From NCBI GenBank assembly GCA_012729375.1, contig JAAYDE010000009.1, positions 1,177 to 65,176 on the forward strand: a stretch of DNA of 64,000 nucleotides. Reading direction: 5' to 3'. Both the position numbers and the translations under genes were made by a program. Shown piece by piece: positions 17,891 to 26,246 of this stretch; the stretch's first letter is position 1, and each line of letters begins with the position of its first letter. A model generated the notes under the pieces. It was not told where the DNA came from. It saw only the letters and a program-made list of their open reading frames with translations, and did not search any database. Origin of the DNA: Deltaproteobacteria bacterium (lineage in GTDB: Bacteria; Desulfobacterota; Desulfuromonadia; Desulfuromonadales; JAAYDE01).

Positions 17891-19543
17891 TTGGAACAAT
17901 TCGAGTTTCTTTTCAGCCTCATTCGCCGCTCGGGAAACGACAACCGCAAACTGCTCTGGTCGTCCATCGCCTCGGGCGTTCTCCAGGGGATACTCCTCTA
18001 CACCATCGGCGCCTCGGTGAGCGAGCTGTCGACGGACGGGGTTCTGTCCCTGCGCACCTTTCTGCTCTTCGTCCTCAGCCTGGTCGGCCTCTACAAGAGC
18101 CTCAACATCTCCATGAACATCAGTTCCGGGGTGGCCAGGGGCATCGTCACCGACCTGGAAGTCCGCATCACCGACAAACTGAGCCGAACCAGCTACGCCC
18201 ACTTCGTCACCCTCGAGCAGGGGCGCATCTACGACGCCATCACCGGCAGCAAGGATATCGTCAACGAGGCGGCCATCATGCTGCCGGTATTCATCTGCAG
18301 CAGCACGATGCTGGTCTGCTCCCTGGCCTTCTCCGCCTTTATCTCCGTTGCCGCCGTCACCTCGGTGCTGCTGGTCATGGGGTTGGGGGCTGTTACCTTT
18401 TTTTACAGCGACAAACAGTTCATCGCCGCCCTCCACGTCTATCGCGATTCCGTCCAGCGCTTCCAGTCCGCCCTCAAGGATGTCATCCTCGGCTTTACCG
18501 AACTGAAGATGAACGAGAAACGGCGTCAGGCCGTCTTTGCCGAGCTGATCGCCCCCCTTTCCCAAAAAGCCCTCGAGGGGCGCACCACGGCCGACGGCTT
18601 CCGCGTCAAGAATACGGTCATGTACGGCCTTTTCGTCTATTTTCCGGCGGGGGCGTTGCTCTTCATTCTCCCCCAGACCGGCCTGGCCACCCTCGATCAA
18701 TGCATTACCGTGGTCGCCATAACCATGTTCAGCACCATTCCTCTGATCGGCCTGCTCTCCTTCATGCCGCTGGCGGCCCGCGCCTCTTTCATCGTCAAAG
18801 GTCTGGAGCAGTTCGAGGCCTCCCTCGAGAAGATGGTCGATACCGCCAACGGCGCCGCCGATGCGCCTGCCGATTTCCTGGAAATCTCCATTCCCGAAGC
18901 GCGTTTCCACTATCCCCTGCAGCCGGGGGCGACGATTCCTTTTCAGCTGGAGGTGCGGGGTTTCCGCCTCAAGCGAGGGGAACTGGTCGTGCTGCGGGGA
19001 GGCAACGGCAGCGGCAAAAGCACCTTCATGCACCTGCTGGCCGGACTGATCCCTTTCAACCAAGGGGAGGTTTTCCTAGATGGAAAGTCCATGCAGGCCG
19101 AGCCGGCCCGTTATCGCTCCCTCTTTTCAGTTGTTTTCCCCGATTTCCACCTTTTCGGCGGCATCTACGGTCTCCCTGCGCCCCGGGAAAAAGTCCTGGA
19201 ATTGCTGAAGCTCATGGATCTCGACCGCAAGGTCGAGGTGGATGAACAGGGGCGCTTTTCCACCATCGAACTTTCCTCCGGCCAACGCAAACGCCTGGCG
19301 TTGATCTGCGCCATGCTGGAGAACAGGCCGGTTCTTCTCCTCGACGAGGTCGCCGCCGATTTCGACCACCACTTCCGGGAGTTCTTTTACCGCGAGCTTC
19401 TCCCGAACCTCAAAGCGGAAGGAAGAACGCTGCTGGTGGTATCCCACGACGACCGCTATTTCGATTGCGCCGACCGGGTTCTCACCCTCGAATACGGCTC
19501 CTTCATCCCCACCGCCAACGCAAACGGAGCCGGCCGGCCATGA
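17891..19543 (+). CDS. ABC exporter, fused permease-ATPase (SyrD/YojI-type cyclic-peptide exporter family)
   Basis: N-terminal multi-TM domain. NBD with Walker A GGNGSGKST, signature LSSGQRKRL and Walker B LLLDEVAAD. The TTG start comes from the ORF track. Confidence 0.85.
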   Translation: MEQFEFLFSLIRRSGNDNRKLLWSSIASGVLQGILLYTIGASVSELSTDGVLSLRTFLLFVLSLVGLYKSLNISMNISSGVARGIVTDLEVRITDKLSRTSYAHFVTLEQGRIYDAITGSKDIVNEAAIMLPVFICSSTMLVCSLAFSAFISVAAVTSVLLVMGLGAVTFFYSDKQFIAALHVYRDSVQRFQSALKDVILGFTELKMNEKRRQAVFAELIAPLSQKALEGRTTADGFRVKNTVMYGLFVYFPAGALLFILPQTGLATLDQCITVVAITMFSTIPLIGLLSFMPLAARASFIVKGLEQFEASLEKMVDTANGAADAPADFLEISIPEARFHYPLQPGATIPFQLEVRGFRLKRGELVVLRGGNGSGKSTFMHLLAGLIPFNQGEVFLDGKSMQAEPARYRSLFSVVFPDFHLFGGIYGLPAPREKVLELLKLMDLDRKVEVDEQGRFSTIELSSGQRKRLALICAMLENRPVLLLDEVAADFDHHFREFFYRELLPNLKAEGRTLLVVSHDDRYFDCADRVLTLEYGSFIPTANANGAGRP

Positions 19544-20274
19544 AGCTGTTTCTTTTGGGGCACGCCGGGGGCAGCCCCGGCACCTACGTCCCCCGCCTCG
19601 CCTCCCTGGCCCGCCGCCTGGAACTGATCCCCCTTGATCTGCCGGGGCATGGGCGGCGCATCGATGAACCTCTTGTGGAAACGGTGCCGGACATGGTGGC
19701 CGACCTGCGCCATCAACTGCGCCCCTTTTTCCAGGGGAAGGGGGAACGCTACGCCCTCTTCGGCCACAGCATGGGAGGATTGCTCGCTTTCGCCCTGCAG
19801 TTGTCCCTGGCCGCGGAAAGGCGCTATCCCCTCGCCGAGCACCTTTTCGTCTCCAGCACCTGTTTTCCGGGGCGGCACCACATTCCTGCCGAGCTGCCCC
19901 ATCTTGCAGACCGTGAATTGTGGTTCAAAAGCGCCGCCTATTTCAGCGGCATAAGCCAGGAGGTGGCCGCCAGCAGCGAACTGATGGCCCTTTTCGCCCC
20001 CATCCTGCGCGCCGACCTCAAGGCGGTGCTCGCCTGGTCCCCGCGGGAGATAGAACCTGTGCCCGTCCCCTTGACCGTCATGGCCGGAAAAGCCGATATC
20101 GTCAACCGGAAGGATCTGGAATTCTGGCGGAATTACACGACCCGGAGTTTTTCCGCCCATCTTCTCCCCGGCAATCATTTCCATCTCCTCGACAATCCCC
20201 GGGCCGTGGCAGCTCTGGTTCTTTCCTCCCTGCCAACCCTTAAGGATTCCTTGGGGAATCCCCTTTTCCCTTGA
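19540..20274 (+). CDS. Type II thioesterase (alpha/beta hydrolase)
   Basis: 244 aa. Begins MKLFLLGHAGGS. Nucleophile elbow GHSMGG and C-terminal His in GNHFHLL. ATG 19540 overlaps the ABC stop (ATGA). Confidence 0.85.
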   Translation: MKLFLLGHAGGSPGTYVPRLASLARRLELIPLDLPGHGRRIDEPLVETVPDMVADLRHQLRPFFQGKGERYALFGHSMGGLLAFALQLSLAAERRYPLAEHLFVSSTCFPGRHHIPAELPHLADRELWFKSAAYFSGISQEVAASSELMALFAPILRADLKAVLAWSPREIEPVPVPLTVMAGKADIVNRKDLEFWRNYTTRSFSAHLLPGNHFHLLDNPRAVAALVLSSLPTLKDSLGNPLFP

Positions 20275-20285
20275 AGCCAGCGCCC

Positions 20286-21728
20286 ATGAACCTGCCGATC
20301 CGCAACAAGCTTTTTCTGAGCCATCTTCTTCTGGTGGTGTTCATCGCCGGCACCATCGGCGTCTATTTCTACATCAGCGCCTCGCAAAGCCTTCTGCTCC
20401 GCCTTCAGGAACGGCTTCAGGCCAGCGCCGCCCTCATCGGTCCCATGATCGACGCGGACGAAATCCGCCACCTGCGCGGCATCGAGGACACCTCCCGGCC
20501 GGATTACATTAACAATCTGGCCAAGCTTCGAACCCTGCGGCGGATGAATCCAGACATCGCCTATCTCTATGTGATGAGACAGGAAGGGGAGAAGGTCTAT
20601 TTCGTTCTCGATTCCGATGAAACCAAAGACCAGGCTCTCCCCGGCCACGAATACAAACACAGGATACCCAGTCTCCTTCAAGGCTTCACCGCCATGGCGG
20701 TTGACGATAAAATCATCCGGGACGAATGGGGATCCTTTCTGTCCGGCTACGCCCCGATCCGCAACAGTCAGGGGGAATTTCTGGTGGGCATCGACATGCG
20801 CGCCGACGAAGTCACCGATAAATACCGGCATCTGAGGATTTCCGGCCTGGTTTCCCTCCTCGCCGCCGGCGGCCTGGCCTTTGTCCTCTCCCGGTTTCTG
20901 GCCGACCGTTTCATGGTGCCCATCGATCTCACCATTTCCCGTTGCGCGAGAATAACCGGGGGACATCTCGACGAGCAGATCTCCTTGCGAACCAACGATG
21001 AATTTGACCGTCTGCTCGGCGCTTTCAACACCATGTCGGCCACCCTTGCTGCGGCGGAGGAAAAGAAGCGGCAAGTTATGGCCTCCTTGCGTCAGGCCAG
21101 GGACGAACTGGAGATCCGCGTCCGCCAAAGAACCAACGATCTGAAAGAGGTCAACGACAAGCTGACCCGGGAAATCGCCGAACGTCTGGCCGCCCAGAAG
21201 GCCCTTCAGGAAGTCGCCACCATCGACCCGTTGACCCGCCTGTACAACCGCCGCTCCTTTCTGGAACAAATCGAGCACGAAGCGATCCGGAGCCGCCGAA
21301 ACCGACGTCCCTTTGCGGTCGTTATGGTCGATATCGATCACTTTAAAAACATCAACGATGATTTTGGACACGCCGCCGGGGACAGCATTCTGATGGAAAC
21401 CGCCCTGCGGATGAAAGGCATGCTCCGCGGGCAGGATATGATTGCCCGCTGGGGAGGAGAAGAGTTTGTCATCCTGCTGGTTGATACCGACCTCGATGGG
21501 GGCGCCATCGTCGCCGAAAAGATCCGTCGCCGGATCGCCGACGGAATCTATTATTTTGCGGGAGAAACACTGTGGGTAACCGCCAGCTTCGGCCTGGCGG
21601 AATATCAGGGGGAAACGAATCTGGAGGAACTCATCAAGGCGGCCGACACGGCCCTTTACCGGGCCAAAGAAAGGGGCCGCGACCGGGTGGAAATTCACCG
21701 GGCTCAACAGCCCGGCAGTCTATCGTAA
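20286..21728 (+). CDS. Sensor diguanylate cyclase (TM - periplasmic sensor - TM - HAMP - coiled coil - GGDEF)
   Basis: GGEEF active site (21453-21467). RxxD I-site (RGQD) five residues upstream. DIDHFKNINDDFGH metal/substrate motif. An alternative TTG start at 20271 overlaps the TE stop. Confidence 0.85.
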   Translation: MNLPIRNKLFLSHLLLVVFIAGTIGVYFYISASQSLLLRLQERLQASAALIGPMIDADEIRHLRGIEDTSRPDYINNLAKLRTLRRMNPDIAYLYVMRQEGEKVYFVLDSDETKDQALPGHEYKHRIPSLLQGFTAMAVDDKIIRDEWGSFLSGYAPIRNSQGEFLVGIDMRADEVTDKYRHLRISGLVSLLAAGGLAFVLSRFLADRFMVPIDLTISRCARITGGHLDEQISLRTNDEFDRLLGAFNTMSATLAAAEEKKRQVMASLRQARDELEIRVRQRTNDLKEVNDKLTREIAERLAAQKALQEVATIDPLTRLYNRRSFLEQIEHEAIRSRRNRRPFAVVMVDIDHFKNINDDFGHAAGDSILMETALRMKGMLRGQDMIARWGGEEFVILLVDTDLDGGAIVAEKIRRRIADGIYYFAGETLWVTASFGLAEYQGETNLEELIKAADTALYRAKERGRDRVEIHRAQQPGSLS

Positions 21729-21756
21729 ACAGATGCGTTTAGAAAATCACCTTTCC

Positions 21757-22500
21757 TCAGTAGGCGGCACGGCAATCGATATTCCGCTGGCGGCATTCCT
21801 CCTCGATGCGGCGCCGCATGGCGGAAAAATACCCGTCGCTGTTCATTTCCCGCCAGCCGTAGCGGGCATAAATCGCGTCGGCGTAATGGTAATTCATCCG
21901 GTCGAGGATGAGATAATCCACCTTCCCCGCCAGGATGGCCACCAGGTTTTCCCCACCGGGCAGCAAAGGCGCGATCATCACGTAGGTGGCGATACCTTTA
22001 TCGTGGAGTTCCGCGACGGCCTTCAACCGGGCGCCGATGGGCGGCGCCTTCGGCTCGAAGATTTGGCGGATGCGGTCGTCGGCGGTGGTGATCGACAGGC
22101 CGACCTGCCAGCTTTCCGCTTTCTTGAACAGATCCATATCCCGCAGCACCAGCGGGGAGCGGGTCTGGATGACCACCGGCCAGCGGTTTTCGGCGAGGAT
22201 TTCGAGGCATTGCCGGGTCAGCCGGTATCGGGCTTCCAGCGGCTGATAGGGGTCGCAGACACCGCTGACCCAGACTTCCCCTTTTTTCTTTCTGGTGATC
22301 TCTTTGCGCAGCAGCTCGGGGGCGTTGATCTTGACATCGACGAAATCCCCCCACGGTTCCCGATGACCGGTGAACCGCTTCATGGAGCGGGCGTAACAGT
22401 AGCTGCAGCCATGCTGGCATCCGACATAGGGGTTGATGACGTAGTCATAAACCTGGGATGAAGAGAGGATGGTTTTGGAGCGGATCTCGGCGATTTTCAT
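21757..22500 (-). CDS. Radical SAM protein, SplB/COG1533-like
   Basis: CxxxCxxC cluster motif CQHGCSYC near the N-terminus. 247 aa. Convergent with the diguanylate cyclase gene. Confidence 0.8.
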   Translation of the reverse strand: MKIAEIRSKTILSSSQVYDYVINPYVGCQHGCSYCYARSMKRFTGHREPWGDFVDVKINAPELLRKEITRKKKGEVWVSGVCDPYQPLEARYRLTRQCLEILAENRWPVVIQTRSPLVLRDMDLFKKAESWQVGLSITTADDRIRQIFEPKAPPIGARLKAVAELHDKGIATYVMIAPLLPGGENLVAILAGKVDYLILDRMNYHYADAIYARYGWREMNSDGYFSAMRRRIEEECRQRNIDCRAAY

Positions 22501-22658
22501 TGGGTTGAGGATAGGAAATTTAAAAAACCCGTGACGTCAGTTTTCTCTGCGCTTTTCATAAAAAACCTCCCAGACCCGCTCGATGTGTTCGCGCAAACCA
22601 GGGTTATCGATGAGATGAAAAAGAGACAGGTCGAACCTGCAGGGCAGAAACAAAAATT

Positions 22659-23297
22659 TTATTTTTTCTCTCTTTTATATCCGATCGGCGCAACGTCACG
22701 GCAACGCTGGTCAAGCTGATGTGAAATTCTTTGAATCAATTGATCAGAAAAACTAACCTCTTTTTGCACAAAAGCCCATGCTTTAGGATTTTTCCCATTA
22801 TAAATAATCACCTCACAGGGGCACTTTTGATCGATAAACCATCCTGGCAGAGCAAGGACCGGTTTTGCTCTGACATCTTCCCCAATCGCGGAACTTCCCC
22901 ACCGACTTAACCAGTTGGCTTGATATCTGGCCTGTTCAATACATTTACGTTCTTCCCATCCAGGAAATTGTAAATTTTTACCATTAAAAATAACTTTTGC
23001 GTCAAAAGAACCCCTCTCCCTATTAGGCTTCAATCAACCTTTTGTTTCAATGGCAAAAAGCCCCCCGGGTCCTACAACAACCTGGTCAATATTAAAATTT
23101 TCCGCAGAAAAATCATGGTAGACATGATACCCGATCAGAATAAGCTGATTGAGTTCTTGGCCAACAGCAATTTCCGCCTCCAATCCTAAACGCAAATTGC
23201 GAACTTGCTTAAATATTGTGTAAAGCTTGCTCATACTCCAAAAATTTAATAAAAAATATAAAAGGAGGCACGATCCAACAGCCCACCAAGGAACCAA
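22659..23297 (-). pseudogene. NERD (nuclease-related domain) protein gene interrupted by a single in-frame TGA
   Basis: Two abutting same-frame ORFs (23297-23034 and 23033-22659). They read ...IDQVVVGPGGLFAIETKG*LKPNRERG..., with the TGA at 23034-23036. NERD-type D...ExK motif. Lies in a low-GC stretch. Confidence 0.7.
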
Positions 23298-23543
23298 ATT
23301 ATTATAAATCTTTAAATTACACTGTTATTAATAAGTTGTCAACGCGGAGGGGGAGAGAACTGGCCCCTGTTGCGGCGCCGGGCGGATATTTCCCTTACTC
23401 CGGAAGTTTCGGCCTTTTCATGCCGAGTTTTCATTCTGTTCTGATATGTTTAAGGAAGGCCGAGGGATTGCGGGTCGTTTACCCTTCGCCCCGAAGATAT
23501 CATCTAAAACATTGAAAACACATCTGAACGTATGGAGAATTCA

Positions 23544-24149
23544 ATGGGAAAAATAAAGGCTGTCTTGTTCGATTTCGGCGGCGTGCTGGCCGAGGAGGGC
23601 TTTCGCAACGGGCTTCTCGAACTCGGCCGCCGTCAAGGACTGAATCCGCAAGCGGTCAGCGAAAACGGTCGGCGGATCGTGCATCAGTCCGGCTACGTCA
23701 TCGGCCGCGGCAGCGAAGGGGATTTCTGGCGGCAGATGCGCCAGGAAACAGGCCTGCGGGGAACCGATGAAGAGCTGTCGGCGGTCATCCTTTCCTCCTT
23801 CGTCCTGCGCCCGCGGATGCTGGATTTCGTCCGCCGGCTGCGCGCCGGGGGGCTGATTACCGCCATCGTCAGCGACCAGACCGACTGGCTGGAGCGCCTC
23901 GACCGGCGGGACGGATTCTCCGCGGAGTTCCACCGCGTCTTCAACAGCTACCGGCTGGGAAAATCCAAGTGGGACGCTTCCGTCTTCGACGATGTGGCGC
24001 GGGAGCTGGCCATCGCCCCCGCAGCAGCGCTCTTCACCGACGATACTCGCGAACATGTGGAAAGGGCCATAAGCCGGGGGATGCAAGGCATTGTTTTCGA
24101 GGATGAGGAGAGTTTCCTGCGCCAGGCGGAAAAACTGCTGAAAGCCTGA
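23544..24149 (+). CDS. HAD-superfamily hydrolase
   Basis: Motif I FDFGGVL directly after the start MGKIKAVL. Later SDQTD and a C-terminal DD motif. GGAGA precedes ATG 23544. An alternative ATG lies at 23532. Confidence 0.8.
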   Translation: MGKIKAVLFDFGGVLAEEGFRNGLLELGRRQGLNPQAVSENGRRIVHQSGYVIGRGSEGDFWRQMRQETGLRGTDEELSAVILSSFVLRPRMLDFVRRLRAGGLITAIVSDQTDWLERLDRRDGFSAEFHRVFNSYRLGKSKWDASVFDDVARELAIAPAAALFTDDTREHVERAISRGMQGIVFEDEESFLRQAEKLLKA

Positions 24150-24237
24150 GTCCGTTGCGGTATCGTCGCGGGCGAAAAAAAACCTCCCGGTGCCGAGGAG
24201 GCCGTTTTTCCTCAATGAAATCCCAGCGGGAATCGTC

Positions 24238-24759
24238 TCACTTGCCCCGGCTCCGCCAGCCGGACCAACGAGGCATGCCGTCCTTGTCGCGGAGAACAAG
24301 AACCTGGTCTCCTTTTTTGACTTCGGCGGCCATGAGGAACTCCCGGTCATCCATCATCCACGGACGTCCGCCCATCATCCCCTGGCCGTGGTGCATTTCC
24401 CCTTTGGCATGACCTTTCACCCTGGCCCCGGTGACTTCCACCGGGTCGCCGGCTTCGAGCTTCACATCCTGGTTCTCAATGTACCAGGCCGGCCCGAGAT
24501 GCACGGGGATCTCTCCCTTGTCGCTTTTCACAACCATCCGCACGCCGTGGCCCATGCCCATCCGCAGCGTGCCTTTTTCGATGGAAACAATCTCCCCTTT
24601 TATGGTTTCCAGATTGTCGGGAGAAAACATACAGCAATATTCACCCCTCGCTCCCCAGCCGCCGCTTCCATGCCACATCATTCCCTGCTGGGCGCCGGCC
24701 GCGGATACCATCAGGCCGATGGTCATGACCGTGCCCCAAAAAGTCCACATCCCTTTCAT
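24238..24759 (-). CDS. Secreted hypothetical protein, Met/His/Gly-rich
   Basis: Signal-like N-terminus MKGMWTFWGTVMTIGLMVSAAGA. Stretches GMGHG and HAKGEMHHGQGMMGG. I cannot assign a family with confidence. Confidence 0.55.
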   Translation of the reverse strand: MKGMWTFWGTVMTIGLMVSAAGAQQGMMWHGSGGWGARGEYCCMFSPDNLETIKGEIVSIEKGTLRMGMGHGVRMVVKSDKGEIPVHLGPAWYIENQDVKLEAGDPVEVTGARVKGHAKGEMHHGQGMMGGRPWMMDDREFLMAAEVKKGDQVLVLRDKDGMPRWSGWRSRGK

Positions 24760-24943
24760 AGCGTCCTCCTTTGCCGAAAAAAGGCCCTTCAAATATTATA
24801 GCACTCGGTCTCCGGCCTCCCGGACCTCGCTCCCTTCCGCAAAACCTGGTCAGGGGCGGGATAAACCCCTTGCGGACTATTTTGACACCGGGGAAAGATC
24901 AGGTAGCCTGTTGGATGAAGGAAAAAACGCCCAGGAGGTTATC

Positions 24944-25300
24944 ATGAGCGAACCGACGGAACAGGCTCAGGATCTGTCTCAAAAACACTGCCGGCCCTGC
25001 GAAGGAGGCGTCCCTCCCCTGGATCAGCAGACCATCGACGCGCTGCTCAAGCGGCTCCCCGAATGGCGATATTACAAGGGGCGAATCGCCAAAACCTTCA
25101 CCTTCAGGAACCATTACCAAACCCTGGCCTTGGTGAACGCCATCGCCTGGATCTCCCACCGGGAGAACCATCATCCGGTACTGGAGGTGGCCTACAACAC
25201 CTGCGAGGTCCGCTATCATACCCATGCCATCGGCGGCCTCTCGGAGAACGATTTCATCTGCGCGGCCAAGGTGGAGAAACTGCTCTCTGCGGAGGAATGA
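24944..25300 (+). CDS. Pterin-4-alpha-carbinolamine dehydratase (PCD/DCoH family)
   Basis: 118 aa. Signature RENHHPVLEVAYNTCEVRYHTH. RBS AGGAGG 6 nt upstream of ATG 24944. The longer ORF-track start is implausible because it is antisense to the neighbouring gene. Confidence 0.85.
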   Translation: MSEPTEQAQDLSQKHCRPCEGGVPPLDQQTIDALLKRLPEWRYYKGRIAKTFTFRNHYQTLALVNAIAWISHRENHHPVLEVAYNTCEVRYHTHAIGGLSENDFICAAKVEKLLSAEE

Positions 25301-25364
25301 GCCTCTTGCAACCGGGGGAAATCCTGATTTTCCCATTTGGGAAACAGGCCTGCCATTCCAGGCC

Positions 25365-26246
25365 TTACGGGTCTGCAAAAGGTTTTCCGCGATAGGACTC
25401 GATAAGAGCCTGGAGGCGGGCGACATCGAAAGGCCGCCGGAACAGAGGGGGGGCATCCCCTTCAAAAACCCCCGTGCTCTCTGCAAAGGCGGAACGGCTT
25501 TCGGCGGCGTAAAAAACCCCCAGCGGCAGACGATCCTCTTCGGCAGCCCGCCTCAGGGCCAGGTCGCGGTTTTTTACGTCATGGCCATCATCGAGATAAT
25601 AAGTCTTCTCTTTGAACCAGCGGAAGGTATTGACGCGGTTGAAGGTCACGCAGGGTTGGAAGATGTCGACCAGGGCGTATCCCTTGTGCTGAATGGCCTT
25701 TCGGATGATGGCCGCGGTCTCGGGGATGTCGCCGGCGAAGGCCCGGGCCACAAAGGAGGCGTTGAGGGCCAGGGCCAGCGTCAACGGATTGAGGGGATTG
25801 TTGACCACCCCATGAACCTGGACGGGGGTCTCAAAACCCCGGCCGCTGGTGGGCGAAGCCTGCCCCTTGGTGAGGCCGTAGACCATGTTGTTGTGGACGA
25901 TGTTGGTGATGTTTGGATTGCGCCGGACGGCGTGGAGAAAATGGTTGCCCCCCTCACCGTACATGTCGCCGTCCCCGCTTTCGGCAATCACCGTCAAGCC
26001 CGGATGGACGGCCCGGATGGCCGTGGCCACGGGCAGGGCGCGTCCGTGAAGGCCGTTGAAGAAATTGGCGGCGAGGTAGTGGGGAAGTTTCGCGGCCTGC
26101 CCGATACCCGAGACAAGGACCACCTCCCGCGGGGCGAGGCCCGCATCGGCCAGGGCCTGCTTGAGCGCCTGAAGAATGGCGAAATTGCCGCAGCCGGGGC
26201 ACCAGGCGATGTCTTCCAGATCCATATCGAAAGAATTCCCGCTCAT
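25365..26246 (-). CDS. korB: 2-oxoacid:ferredoxin oxidoreductase, beta (TPP-binding) subunit
   Basis: WCPGCGNFAILQAL and GDGDMYGEGGNH TPP motifs. ATG 26246 overlaps the alpha-subunit stop (ATGA). Confidence 0.9.
   Translation of the reverse strand: MSGNSFDMDLEDIAWCPGCGNFAILQALKQALADAGLAPREVVLVSGIGQAAKLPHYLAANFFNGLHGRALPVATAIRAVHPGLTVIAESGDGDMYGEGGNHFLHAVRRNPNITNIVHNNMVYGLTKGQASPTSGRGFETPVQVHGVVNNPLNPLTLALALNASFVARAFAGDIPETAAIIRKAIQHKGYALVDIFQPCVTFNRVNTFRWFKEKTYYLDDGHDVKNRDLALRRAAEEDRLPLGVFYAAESRSAFAESTGVFEGDAPPLFRRPFDVARLQALIESYRGKPFADP

Noticed and set aside
21757-22500. The radical SAM (SplB-like) gene, considered as a tailoring enzyme of the PKS cluster.
   Set aside because: It is convergent with the last cluster gene. 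It belongs to a DNA-repair-lyase-like family rather than a known polyketide-tailoring clade. Association cannot be supported from sequence alone.
22541-22660. A minus-strand reading frame ending …FHLIDNPGLREHIERVWEVFYEKRREN* just downstream of the NERD gene. It was considered as a possible gene remnant or small protein.
   Set aside because: It is under 45 codons, has no ATG or RBS and no recognisable family. It could be a relic, but this is unsupported.
23034-23036. The in-frame TGA in the NERD gene, considered as a selenocysteine codon.
   Set aside because: The context (directly after a nuclease ETK motif) is not a redox-active site, and no obvious SECIS-like hairpin follows. A nonsense mutation from TGG is the simpler explanation.
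24172-24212. A possible bidirectional terminator between the convergent HAD gene and the secreted-protein gene (A-run, CCTCC…GGAGG, T-run).
   Set aside because: The stem is only ~5 bp with a 9-nt loop, which is too weak to call with confidence.
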